From: Polyangiales bacterium
GTDB lineage: Bacteria; Myxococcota_A; Polyangia; Polyangiales; Polyangiaceae
DNA: 64,000 bases
Direction: 5' to 3'
Assembly (NCBI GenBank): GCA_038230375.1
Contig: JBBRNJ010000013.1
Span: forward strand, 70,577-134,576
Shown piece after piece: positions 1 through 9,420 of the stretch. Every line of letters starts with the position of its first letter. Position 1 is the first letter of the stretch. Position numbers and translations under genes: made by a program. The notes under the pieces were generated by a model, which was given only the letters and a program-made list of their open reading frames with translations, was not told the DNA's origin and searched no databases.

Positions 1-1
1 C

Positions 2-562
2 GGAACAGGTGCCTTCGCACCGTCCGTAGAGATGGCCCGGCGCGCAGTGCGCCCGCACGTAGCCTGGATCTACGCTGACGTTGCACTGTCCTCTGCAGGA
101 CGCCTCGATGTCGGCGCTGGCGTGGCATTGTGGAGGGGTCGCTTGTGCGTGGAGCGATGCGGAGGCGCCAGTGCGCATGATCGCCTCCATGCGCACGGAG
201 ACCGCATTACACACGGCAGCGACACGACTCTGGCCCTGGGCCGGCGTGGTCTGCTCGGGCGGGATCCCAAGGTCGCGGGCCATCCGCTCGCAGGCGCCAC
301 CGACCTGCGCCTCCGCTCTTGCGGCGGCGGCCTCCAGATCGCTCGCGGCCGTGACGAAGGCGCGGATCGTACCGTTCGCCCTCGCGTCGGCCTCGAAGTT
401 GCCGTTCATCGCGCCGCCGCGCAGCTCCGGACACGCAAAGTCACCGAGCGCAGCGCCCGTGGCGCCACCGAAGCCGCCCAGCTCACCGCCACACGCGACG
501 ACCAGAAACGTCGACACCAAGCCCAGTACCGAGGCGCGGCGGAGGAGACTCCCGTTTTGCAT
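2..562 (-). CDS. Cys-rich myxobacterial lipoprotein (partial, runs off left edge; not in ORF track)
   Basis: Manual translation from ATG at 562: MQNGSLLRRASVLGLVSTFLVVACGG...CERMARDLGI...SCRGQC...GRCEGTCS. Lipobox VVAC and the start of CxGxC repeats. Confidence 0.75.
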   Translation of the reverse strand, partial: MQNGSLLRRASVLGLVSTFLVVACGGELGGFGGATGAALGDFACPELRGGAMNGNFEADARANGTIRAFVTAASDLEAAAARAEAQVGGACERMARDLGIPPEQTTPAQGQSRVAAVCNAVSVRMEAIMRTGASASLHAQATPPQCHASADIEASCRGQCNVSVDPGYVRAHCAPGHLYGRCEGTCS

Positions 563-574
563 CCGCGCATTCAC

Positions 575-590
575 AGCACGAACGGTGCCG
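575..590 (-). promoter_or_regulatory. Putative sigma54 -24/-12 promoter
   Basis: CGGCACCGTTCGTGCT (GG-N10-GC) on the minus strand just upstream of ATG 562. Confidence 0.45.
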
Positions 591-681
591 ACGCTTCGCG
601 TGATGAAAGCTTGTGCTGGCGCACGCTGACAGGGGCATTCTTCCTCGGCGCGAGCCAATTCGCCACACGCGCGGTGTGACG

Positions 682-2892
682 CTAGCGTGCGCCGTCAAGA
701 CCGATCACGGAGACAGGGGTCGGTCGCGCTCGTGGGGTCACCATGGTGATCTGTCCTTCCACGTTGCGGCCCCAGCAGGTGATCTCGTGCGACGCGCCGA
801 TGGCGCACGAGTGATGCGCGCCGACAGCGACCTTCATCGCGTGCGTGACGCCGGGCACACGCACGGGTGTGGGTCCGCCGGGGCCCCGCGTTCCCAGCTC
901 TCCGTTGTCGTTCCAGCCCCAGCACCAGACCTCACCGCTTCGCGTCGCCGCGCACGAGTGCGCCATGCCCGCGCTGACGTGGATGGCGCCCGTGACACCT
1001 TCGATCTCCTTCAGACCGTCGCTGTGACTGATGCCCTGGTCGTCGCTCCCACCAAAGCAAACGACGCGGCCGGTGGCGCGCACCACGCATGCGTGGTTGG
1101 TGCCGACAGACACATGCAGTGCGTCAGCGACGCCCGGGACGACGACGGGGCTCATCGATCGCGAGCGCTTGTCGTAGTCGGTGCCGTAGCCAAAGCCCCA
1201 GCACGTCACGTGTCCGGACTTCTGCGCAGCGCAGCCCCATAGACTGCCCTGCTCGATCTCCACGACGTCGCGAACAGGCGCAGTCACTGGCGTGGGTGCG
1301 GGGGTCTTTGCGCCTTGATTTCCCCAGCACGTGATGTCGCCGCTGCGGAGGAGCGCGCACGTGCCTCCGCCACCTGCGGACAGCATGCGCGCGGGAGGGA
1401 GCTTCGCGATCGCAGGCGTCATGGTCACCTGGTGCTCGCCCGCCGCGGTCGGGAACGGCGCCGTGCTGTCGACGAGGCCCCAGCATGCGATCTGGCCCTG
1501 GCTCGAGAGCGCGCACGTGAAGTACTCCGCCGCGGTGACTGCCACCGCCTGACCGATCCCTGTCATGTCCACGCGTGCAGGCGGTGTCGTGTAGCCGCCT
1601 GGACTGCCGATGCAGGTGACGACTCCACCCGCGCGCAGCACGCACGTGGTGTTGTCGGAGAGCGCCGCGTCTTCTGCGTCCGCGATACCTTCGAGGCGAA
1701 CGGGCGCGACAACGCCGGGGATCTCGCCGTTCCCGAGCTGCCCGCTGTCGTTCTGGCCCCAGCACACCACGCCACCTTCGCGTCGGCGCGCGCAGGAGCT
1801 GTACGGTCCGACCGCGATCTCGATCGCATCGCGAAGGCCGTTGACGGGGCGCGCGACGGACCGTGGATCGGCAGACCCCAGCTTGCCGCCGTCGTTGTTG
1901 CCGAAGCAGCGGACGGTCCCGTCGGTGACGAGCGCGCACACGTGATCGTCCGCGACGGCCAGCGTGATGGCCTTCTCGATACCGGGGATCTCGGTCGGCG
2001 ACGCGTGGCCGGTCTCTGGTCCGTTGAAGATGGCGCCGCGGTAGTTTTCGCCCCAGCATGCGACGTGGCCGTCTTCGCGGAGCGCGCACGTGTAGTCCTG
2101 ACCCGCGCCGATCGCGCGCGCATTGCGGAGGCCGTCAACGTCGACGGGGGCCTCGACGTACGCGCGGCCCATCACGGACGCGTTCCCGAGCTCGCCGTGC
2201 GTGCCGTCTCCGAAGCAGCGCAATGCGCCGCTCGCCTCTCGCATGCACGCGTGATTGAAGCCGAGCGCAAGGTCCACGACGGCCGCAAGCCCCTTCCTCC
2301 GTGCGGGGTCGGTCGTGCGTTGGCCCGTGGTCAGCCCACCACGATTGAGGCGATCGGGAACCCAGCGATCGAGCCCCCAGCACGACACACCACCATCGCC
2401 GTGAACGACGCACGTGCGCATGGGGTCCGCCACGACGCGCGTGACGTCCCGCAGTTGATTGACGCGCGCGACTGGCTTTCCTTCACCCCAGCAGAACACC
2501 GCGTCCGAGGCCGTGCGTGCGCACGCGTGCTCGCCCGCAGCGGTCACCTCGACTGCGTCGGTGATGCCCGACACGGGCGCAGCCGTCGCACGCGTCACCA
2601 GCGTACCGTCGCCGAGCTGCATCTTCCGGTTCCCGCCCCAGCACATCACGCGGCCCGGCACATGGTCGAGCGCACAGGCGAACTCGCGACCGAGCGCGAT
2701 GCTGGGCCCCGGAGGCGTGGGTGCCACAGGTGCGATCGGAGAGTCGACCACGGCGACCGCGGGCTTCTCCGATGGCGCGATCGCCTGAGGCTTCGGTGGG
2801 ACCGGCGCGTTGGGCGGCGGCGTGCAAGCATTCGCGGCGAGCGCCAGGCACGCCGAAAGGACCCCCGTTCGCAGCTCGGCGGAGCAAACCAC
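682..2892 (-). CDS. RCC1/BLIP-II repeat beta-propeller lipoprotein
   Basis: Many HxCA...GxVxCWGxNxxGQLG repeats; lipobox ANAC; Pro-rich linker. Confidence 0.9.
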   Translation of the reverse strand: MVCSAELRTGVLSACLALAANACTPPPNAPVPPKPQAIAPSEKPAVAVVDSPIAPVAPTPPGPSIALGREFACALDHVPGRVMCWGGNRKMQLGDGTLVTRATAAPVSGITDAVEVTAAGEHACARTASDAVFCWGEGKPVARVNQLRDVTRVVADPMRTCVVHGDGGVSCWGLDRWVPDRLNRGGLTTGQRTTDPARRKGLAAVVDLALGFNHACMREASGALRCFGDGTHGELGNASVMGRAYVEAPVDVDGLRNARAIGAGQDYTCALREDGHVACWGENYRGAIFNGPETGHASPTEIPGIEKAITLAVADDHVCALVTDGTVRCFGNNDGGKLGSADPRSVARPVNGLRDAIEIAVGPYSSCARRREGGVVCWGQNDSGQLGNGEIPGVVAPVRLEGIADAEDAALSDNTTCVLRAGGVVTCIGSPGGYTTPPARVDMTGIGQAVAVTAAEYFTCALSSQGQIACWGLVDSTAPFPTAAGEHQVTMTPAIAKLPPARMLSAGGGGTCALLRSGDITCWGNQGAKTPAPTPVTAPVRDVVEIEQGSLWGCAAQKSGHVTCWGFGYGTDYDKRSRSMSPVVVPGVADALHVSVGTNHACVVRATGRVVCFGGSDDQGISHSDGLKEIEGVTGAIHVSAGMAHSCAATRSGEVWCWGWNDNGELGTRGPGGPTPVRVPGVTHAMKVAVGAHHSCAIGASHEITCWGRNVEGQITMVTPRARPTPVSVIGLDGAR

Positions 2893-3040
2893 GGGGCCAG
2901 GCTACACGGGTATTTGCCGATGTTCAGGCCATTTCAGGTCGTGTCAGTGGCGTCGCCCCGGCATCGCGCTAGTCCCTACCTGTCTGGGACGTCCTTTTTC
3001 TGGACCGTTCGAGGCGGGTGAAATCACTCCAGTGGGTCCC

Positions 3041-3718
3041 GTGAATCAAAGCCTGACTCTAAAAGCGGCTTCCGCGCGCTCGAAGGTCGCTGTCGTGCGA
3101 CCGTTGCCGCGTCGCACCTGGACCGACGCCGAGATCGTGGCCCTCTTGCGGACCGGCGTGCCCGATGGCCGAGCCGTCTTCTTTGATCACTTCGCGCCGC
3201 GCATCTCGAAGCTGGTGTGGAGTGTCCTGGGCCCCGAGCCAGAGGCGGAGGACGTGCTGCACGAGATCTTCGTGCGTGCGCTCGAACGCATCGACACGCT
3301 GAGTGATGCAGAGCGTCTGGGGAGCTGGATCGCAGGCATCGCCGTCTTCACCTCACGGGAGTGGCTTCGCAGACGGGCGCGCTGGCGCTGGCTGCGGATC
3401 CTGACGGACGACGTGGACGCGCCGGCGCCCGCGGTGAACCACGAGATCTCGGAGGCGCTTCGCGCTGCGTTCCAGGTGCTGGGCACGATGGTCGCGGATG
3501 AGCGCATCGCCTTCAGCCTGCGGTTTCTGGAGGGCATGGAGCTGCAAGAGATCGCGCTTGCCGAAGGCACGTCGCTGTCGACGGTGAAGCGACGGCTGAA
3601 GGACGCGCAGCAGCACTTCAGCGCACGGGCGCGCAAGCACGCGGCGCTCGTGCCGTGGCTCGAACGTCAAGAGGCGCGGGCGCACACGGGAAGGGAGGAG
3701 CCATGGAGCGAGACGTGA
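3041..3718 (+). CDS. ECF RNA polymerase sigma factor (start uncertain)
   Basis: Region 2 AEDVLHEIFVRA...W; region 4 HTH ELQEIALAEGTSLSTVKRRL. Confidence 0.85.
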   Translation: MNQSLTLKAASARSKVAVVRPLPRRTWTDAEIVALLRTGVPDGRAVFFDHFAPRISKLVWSVLGPEPEAEDVLHEIFVRALERIDTLSDAERLGSWIAGIAVFTSREWLRRRARWRWLRILTDDVDAPAPAVNHEISEALRAAFQVLGTMVADERIAFSLRFLEGMELQEIALAEGTSLSTVKRRLKDAQQHFSARARKHAALVPWLERQEARAHTGREEPWSET

Positions 3719-4911
3719 TCTCCGCGCTCGGACAGGAGCTCGGTCGTGAGCTCGACTCCGTTCAAGGCGCCCAGGCTGGAACTGGCCGCGCCCGCTCTGC
3801 GTTCGTTCTGGGCACGCCATCGCGCTTTCGTCGGAAGAGCAAGCTCGCGCCGCGAGCCTATGCCGCCGGTGCGACCATGCTCGTTGCGGCCGCCATCGTG
3901 CTGGTCGCCTGGATCCATTCGCTCAGCGCGCAGTCCAGGCAGCCCGCGCCGCCCTCGCCACTGACGTTCACCATCGCGAGCGACACGACGAACGCGAACC
4001 GCATAGACGGCGCGAGCGGCGCGCTTCTGGTCGCGACCTCGGAGCTTCCGCTTTCATTCTCGGACGGCACGCGTCTGCTCCTGGAGAAAGAAGCGCGCGC
4101 CCGCGTGACCGACGTCGATCATCTCGGCGCCCGCGTGATCCTGGAGTCGGGCAAGCTGCACGCGTCCGTCATCCACACGGGAACGGCGCGCTGGAACGTG
4201 GATGCGGGTCCGTTCGAGATCCACGTGACGGGAACGAAGTTCGTGGTCGCGTGGGACCCGAGCGCGCAGGCAATCGACGTGACGCTGGAAGAGGGCTCGG
4301 TCCTGGTGAGCGGCTGCGCGCAGAACCCCGCACGCACAGTGAGAGGAGGAGAGTCCCTTCACGTGCAGTGTGCAACGACCCCGACCCCGACCCCGACCCC
4401 GACCTCGACCTCGACCTCGACCTCGACCCCGACCTCGACCTCCACCTCGACCCCGACCTCGACCTCCACCTCGACCTCGACCCCGACCCTGGCCCCTTCC
4501 CCTCCCCCGAAGGTCGACGAGGTCTCTGTCGACGATCTCTTCAGCCAGGCTGACGAGGCTCGCTACGCCGGTCATCTCGACGAGGCGAAGACCGCGCTTC
4601 TCTCCGTTCGGCGGCGTGCTCCGGGGACCGAGAAGTCAGCGAGTGCCGCGTTCCAGCTGGGTCGACTCGCCTTCGATGGCAAGGGCGACTACCCGCAGGC
4701 CGCGCTCTGGTTCGACACCTACCTGCATGAGCGGCCGCAAGGGACCCTCGCTCGTGAAGCGCTTGGACGTTCGATGGAAGCGCAGGATCGCGCTGGCGAC
4801 GCCGAGCTCGCGCAGCGGGCAGCGCGGACGTATCTCGCGCGGTATCCTTCGGGGCCGCATGCAGCGCTCGCGCATCGGCTGGCGGGCGCGCAAAAAGGAG
4901 ACGCTCCGTGA
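3703..4911 (+). CDS. FecR-domain anti-sigma factor with C-terminal TPR-like domain
   Basis: Single TM; FecR motifs LSFSDGTRLLL, VTGTKFVV, LEEGSV; Thr/Pro/Ser linker; helical repeats ending YLARYPSGPHA; GGAGG RBS before ATG 3703. Confidence 0.85.
   Translation: MERDVISALGQELGRELDSVQGAQAGTGRARSAFVLGTPSRFRRKSKLAPRAYAAGATMLVAAAIVLVAWIHSLSAQSRQPAPPSPLTFTIASDTTNANRIDGASGALLVATSELPLSFSDGTRLLLEKEARARVTDVDHLGARVILESGKLHASVIHTGTARWNVDAGPFEIHVTGTKFVVAWDPSAQAIDVTLEEGSVLVSGCAQNPARTVRGGESLHVQCATTPTPTPTPTSTSTSTSTPTSTSTSTPTSTSTSTSTPTLAPSPPPKVDEVSVDDLFSQADEARYAGHLDEAKTALLSVRRRAPGTEKSASAAFQLGRLAFDGKGDYPQAALWFDTYLHERPQGTLAREALGRSMEAQDRAGDAELAQRAARTYLARYPSGPHAALAHRLAGAQKGDAP
4378..4485 (+). repeat. Hexamer tandem repeat (ACCCCG/ACCTCG, ~18 units) encoding a TP/TS linker
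   Basis: Read directly in the DNA and the protein. Confidence 0.9.
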
Positions 4912-5969
4912 GGCGCTCCGTCTGCACCACCGCCTGCGGGAGCCTGCTCCTGCTGCTCTCCGTGAGCTCGCTCGCGCGCGCGGAGGCCCCGGGCAAGCGA
5001 CGTGTCGTGGTTCTCTCGCCACACCCCGACGATGTCTCGGCCCGCCTGCTTCACGAGCTCTCGGGCGTCGCGCTCGATCCGACGATCGCGGCCGGTGATG
5101 GAAGCTGCAGCGCGGCTCAGATAAAGGCGGTCGCCGAGTCCACGCAGTCCGCATCGGTCGTGTGCCTCGGCGAGAAGGACATCGACGTGTGGGTCACGGA
5201 GGGTGATGGCCTTCGCATGCGCGAGCAGCTCCCGTGGGCGTCCGCAGAGCCAACCGCATCGGACCCCGCGCTGGTCCAGGCAACGGAGGCCGTGCGCGCG
5301 CGGCTGGCGCAGCTTCCGCCAGACGCAGCCCGGCCCACTGCAACATCACCCGGCGGCGACGCGCCCGTCACGGTGTCCGCCGGCACCACGCCAACGAAGG
5401 ACGAAGCAGCTGTGGTGCCACCGAAGCACCTGCCGGGCAAAACGCCCAGGATCATCGTCGGTGCAGGCCTCACATCCGTGATCAGCCCCGGCTACCAACC
5501 CACGTGGGGTGTGGGCCTGGAAGCAGCGTTCGGAGTGAGCCGTCATGCGTCCATCGTCGTGAACGCGGTGCTCCCGGTGACCTCCGCGCGGTTCGACGAT
5601 CCGTCTGCGTCGGCGTCCTCACACACCACGGAGATCGGCGCGGGCGTTCAGATCCCGTTGCTGGCGCCCGACGCTCCCTTGATCCCGCGGCTCGGCGGTG
5701 GGTGGGGCATCGTGCACATGCACACGCAGCCCATCACGGTTCCCACGGACGGTCACTCGGTCGGACACGAAGAGGATCTGGTGTCGCCCTACCTGTATGT
5801 GGACGCCGCGCTCTCGGCGCGGATCTACGGCCCCATTCGAGTGACCGCCGCGGCCTCCGCGCTTGGCACGCCCGCCAGGTTTCACGTTCGCGTGGACGGC
5901 GTGGAGCAAGGCGCGTTCGGCGGCATCGCTCTCCTTTCGCAGCTGCGCGCAGAGGTTCAGCTGCCATGA
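4908..5969 (+). CDS. Secreted protein with probable C-terminal outer-membrane beta-barrel
   Basis: Signal peptide; alternating amphipathic strands at the C-terminus; GTGA overlap with the upstream gene. Confidence 0.65.
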   Translation: MRRSVCTTACGSLLLLLSVSSLARAEAPGKRRVVVLSPHPDDVSARLLHELSGVALDPTIAAGDGSCSAAQIKAVAESTQSASVVCLGEKDIDVWVTEGDGLRMREQLPWASAEPTASDPALVQATEAVRARLAQLPPDAARPTATSPGGDAPVTVSAGTTPTKDEAAVVPPKHLPGKTPRIIVGAGLTSVISPGYQPTWGVGLEAAFGVSRHASIVVNAVLPVTSARFDDPSASASSHTTEIGAGVQIPLLAPDAPLIPRLGGGWGIVHMHTQPITVPTDGHSVGHEEDLVSPYLYVDAALSARIYGPIRVTAAASALGTPARFHVRVDGVEQGAFGGIALLSQLRAEVQLP

Positions 5970-6664
5970 AGCTCTCGCGGCGCCTGCTCCTCGCAGCATT
6001 CATGTGGACGCTCATCGTCGCTGGATGCGACGTCTATGCAGATCCTGTCGACAACGGCACTTCGTCCGGCAACGTCCCCACGCCCAGCTCCTCCGCCTTC
6101 GCCCCGGCGCCGAATGGTGATGTGTCGAACCCGGTCTCGTGCCCCACCAAGCGTCCTGTCGACAACACGCAGTGCAAGGTCCCCGGGTCGGTCTGCGAGT
6201 ACGGCGATACACCCGACATCACGTGCAATCCTCGCGTTGAATGCGTCGACTCCGACACGAGCATGACCACGAATGGTGGCCAACGACGTCCCCCCGCGTG
6301 GAGCACCGACCCGGCGATCGGCGGCTGCATCGTTCACACGTGCCCCGACACGTTCGCTTCGATCACCGCGGGCACCTCGTGCGACTCCGCAGCGGACGCT
6401 GGAAATGCGGCGGAGTACCTGTGCGCCTACCCAGAGGGCCTGTGCGGATGCTCGACGGGGCCCGATGGCTCGCACGCGCACGCCCGTCGCTGGGACTGCG
6501 CGCCGGCCCCCCATTCTTCCTGCCCCGCCGGGCGTCCACACATCGGAGAGGCATGCACGGGCACGGGCCTGACGTGTGACTATGGGAGCTGCATCTTCAA
6601 GCACGGCACCGCTGTGCACTGCGATGGCAACACGTGGCAGGCGACGGAGGTTCCATGCGACTGA
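5966..6664 (+). CDS. Cys-rich repeat lipoprotein
   Basis: MKLSRRLL...VAGC lipobox; three CPxx..C..CxY modules; ATGA overlap. Confidence 0.8.
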   Translation: MKLSRRLLLAAFMWTLIVAGCDVYADPVDNGTSSGNVPTPSSSAFAPAPNGDVSNPVSCPTKRPVDNTQCKVPGSVCEYGDTPDITCNPRVECVDSDTSMTTNGGQRRPPAWSTDPAIGGCIVHTCPDTFASITAGTSCDSAADAGNAAEYLCAYPEGLCGCSTGPDGSHAHARRWDCAPAPHSSCPAGRPHIGEACTGTGLTCDYGSCIFKHGTAVHCDGNTWQATEVPCD

Positions 6665-7419
6665 GATGGATCGCGCTCGTCGCCTTTCCGTTGCTCGTCG
6701 CCGGCATTGCTTGCAGCGGCATCGGCTCGTTCGACAGCAGCTCTCCGAGCGCGGCTGGCGTCGGGGGCACCAGCGGCGTGTTCGGGGTCGTTCCTGGTCC
6801 ATGCCCCGTGGCCGCCATCTCCGCTGACGCACGATGCACGGCACAGCTGGTGTGTGAATACGGAACGAGCTCGAGCGCCTCCTGCAACACCATGGCGGTC
6901 TGCAACGAACAGGCGGCATTCGACATCACGCCACCCTCCACGAACGACTGCGATGATCGCTGCCCCACGTTCGATGCGCCCGGCGCGGTGGCAACGGCGC
7001 AGGGCACGGCGTGCCTTCATGGCTCACGCGGAAGCCTGATTTGCCCCTCGCCGTATGATCGCAGCACATGCGGTTGCGCGGAGTCCGGCGCCAGTGACGG
7101 TGGAGTCCCGCCGCCCACGAGCGACGCGAGCACGACAGCCGACGGCAGCGTCGACCCAGACGCCTCCACCTCGACCGACGACGGCGGTGAAGCTGGCGCC
7201 GCGCCCGCGGATGTTCCGGGTGTGTGGCTCTGCGTCACGCCGCCGGTCGGATGTCCCGCGGCTCGGCCTCCGCTCGGGTCGGCATGTGTTCGCGAGATGA
7301 TCTGTGACTACGGCGCGTGCCTTTTCCCGGGCGGAATGAAGGTCGCCTGCGTCGCGAGCACCAACGGCAGTGGACACTGGGTCGATCAGACGCCGGTGCA
7401 GTGCGGAGGAAAAACGTGA
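6655..7419 (+). CDS. Cys-rich repeat lipoprotein (paralog of upstream gene)
   Basis: MRLRWIALV...GIAC lipobox; GGAGG RBS; same three-module Cys pattern. Confidence 0.8.
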   Translation: MRLRWIALVAFPLLVAGIACSGIGSFDSSSPSAAGVGGTSGVFGVVPGPCPVAAISADARCTAQLVCEYGTSSSASCNTMAVCNEQAAFDITPPSTNDCDDRCPTFDAPGAVATAQGTACLHGSRGSLICPSPYDRSTCGCAESGASDGGVPPPTSDASTTADGSVDPDASTSTDDGGEAGAAPADVPGVWLCVTPPVGCPAARPPLGSACVREMICDYGACLFPGGMKVACVASTNGSGHWVDQTPVQCGGKT

Positions 7420-7484
7420 GCCACCAGACCACGCCTGGATCACTCCTTCTTGGTCGAGCGCGAGACTGGCTCCGGAGAACCGAC

Positions 7485-9365
7485 ATGCGAAACAACTTTC
7501 GACTGCAGGGTGGAAATGGTGCGTGGCTCGCGGGACTCGCGAGCTTCGCGGGTCTGGCGCTCCTTTCGGGGGGCTGCAACCTGTCACGGAGCAGCGGAAG
7601 CCAGGACACGCCATCGGATCCCGCCAGTCCGCCGCCCGAACCGGCGAGGCTCATCGGACCGGCACCGCAATTTGGTGCAGGCCAGAGCCTGGCGACTCCG
7701 CCTCCGCCCATCAGCGGCGGCACACTCACCGTGGCTGGCGACGGTGTGACGGCCTTCGCGGCCGACCCCGATCGCGATCGCGTGTACGTGATTGACATCC
7801 CCAGCCGCACGGTCCTGCGCACGTATCAGCTCCAGCCGCACGATGAGCCGGGCCGCGTCGCGGTGGATGCGAAGGGTCGCGCGTACGTTGCGCTGCGCTC
7901 GGGTGCCGCGCTCTTCACGATCGATCGGGCCGCCGACACGACCGAGCGCCGGGCAGCATGTGTCGCGCCGCGCGGTGTCGCGTACGACGCGTCATCGGAC
8001 ACCGTGGTCCTTGTGTGCGCTGACGGCACGCTGCTGCGGTTCCCCACGGGAACGGGCGCCGCAACGATGCGGGTCACCCTTCCGCGCGACCTGCGTGACG
8101 TGATCGTCCACAAGGACGGCTCCATGTCCGTGAGCACGTTCCGTATTCCTTCCATCCTTCGCGTTGGCGCGGGTGGTGGATTGGAGGACAAGATCGACCT
8201 CACCGAGCAGGCGGATCCATCGACCACACCGCACCTCCTCTGGCGCATGGTCCCGGTCGACCTTGGCGACGGCGAGGAGCGCGTGCTCGCCGCGGCGCAG
8301 AAGGCGCGGCAGCAGCCCGTCCCGGTCTCCGCTGGCGGCTATGGCGGCAGCGGGTTCGACGCATGTCCGCCGGGAATCGTCTCGGGGCAGATGCAGGTCA
8401 TCGGGACAGGCCCCCAGATCCGCTCGGCCACGACGCAGCTGATGCCGCAGGTCACCTTGCCTGTCGACATCACGTCCGACGGCAAGACCGCAGTCATCCT
8501 GGGTGCCGGCAACTCGCACTCGCCAGGTGCACCGCAGATCTTCATGCAGTCGCTCGCTTCGATGCCGCCCTCGTTCGAGACCACGTCGTCGCCGAACTGC
8601 GGCATTTCCAAGGTCGCCGTGACACCAGGGCAGCCGATCGCGATCGCGTTCGACGGCGCAGGCGAGCTGCTCGTGCAATCGCGCGAGCCCGCAGCGCTCT
8701 ACATCATGACGCCTGACCGAACCCACGTGTGGAAGACCATCACGCTCGCGACGGACACGCGCGAGGACACCGGGCACGCAGTCTTCCACGCCAACACCGG
8801 CACGGGCGTCGCGTGCGCTTCCTGCCATGCAGAGGGCGGCGACGACGCGCATGTCTGGCAGTTCGACGGCCTTGGCGCGCGCAGGACACCCGTCCTCCGC
8901 GGCACCACCGCGAACACGGAGCCGTACCACTGGGATGGCTCGCAGAAGGACATGACCGACATCGTCACGCACGTGTTCGAAGGACGCATGAGCGGCCCCA
9001 AGCTCGAAGCGGACCAGGTCAGCGCCCTCAAGCAGTGGATCAACGCCCTCCCCGCGCCGCCACCGATCCGCGGCATGGACGCCGCCGCGACGCGCGGGCA
9101 GGCGCTCTTCACGACGCAAGGCTGCAGTGGTTGCCACTCTGGACCCATGCTCACGAGCAACCAGACCGTGGACGTCGGGACAGGCGCGGCATTCCAGGTG
9201 CCGTCGCTCAAGGGCGTGGGCTGGCGCGCTCCGTTTCTGCACGACGGCTGCGCGACCACGCTCGCGGAACGCTTCGGCCCATGCGGTGGAGGTCAACACG
9301 GGGATACGGCAAACCTCAGCCCCGGCAACAAGACCGATCTCATTGCGTTCCTCGAGACGCTCTGA
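7485..9365 (+). CDS. YncE-like beta-propeller plus diheme cytochrome c (CcP-like) lipoprotein
   Basis: Lipobox SGGC; propeller repeats; CASCH and CSGCH; YHWDG and PSLKGV...APFLHDG. Confidence 0.8.
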   Translation: MRNNFRLQGGNGAWLAGLASFAGLALLSGGCNLSRSSGSQDTPSDPASPPPEPARLIGPAPQFGAGQSLATPPPPISGGTLTVAGDGVTAFAADPDRDRVYVIDIPSRTVLRTYQLQPHDEPGRVAVDAKGRAYVALRSGAALFTIDRAADTTERRAACVAPRGVAYDASSDTVVLVCADGTLLRFPTGTGAATMRVTLPRDLRDVIVHKDGSMSVSTFRIPSILRVGAGGGLEDKIDLTEQADPSTTPHLLWRMVPVDLGDGEERVLAAAQKARQQPVPVSAGGYGGSGFDACPPGIVSGQMQVIGTGPQIRSATTQLMPQVTLPVDITSDGKTAVILGAGNSHSPGAPQIFMQSLASMPPSFETTSSPNCGISKVAVTPGQPIAIAFDGAGELLVQSREPAALYIMTPDRTHVWKTITLATDTREDTGHAVFHANTGTGVACASCHAEGGDDAHVWQFDGLGARRTPVLRGTTANTEPYHWDGSQKDMTDIVTHVFEGRMSGPKLEADQVSALKQWINALPAPPPIRGMDAAATRGQALFTTQGCSGCHSGPMLTSNQTVDVGTGAAFQVPSLKGVGWRAPFLHDGCATTLAERFGPCGGGQHGDTANLSPGNKTDLIAFLETL

Positions 9366-9420
9366 GGCCGCGCGCAGGTGTAGCGAGAATCTTGTTTTGG
9401 CGTACGTTTCTTGAAGAACG

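Noticed and set aside
4378..4485. Tandem repeats here and at 58131-58214 and ~52284-52352 as CRISPR arrays
   Set aside because: Units are 6-18 bp, contiguous, have no unique spacers, lie in frame within genes, and no cas genes are present.
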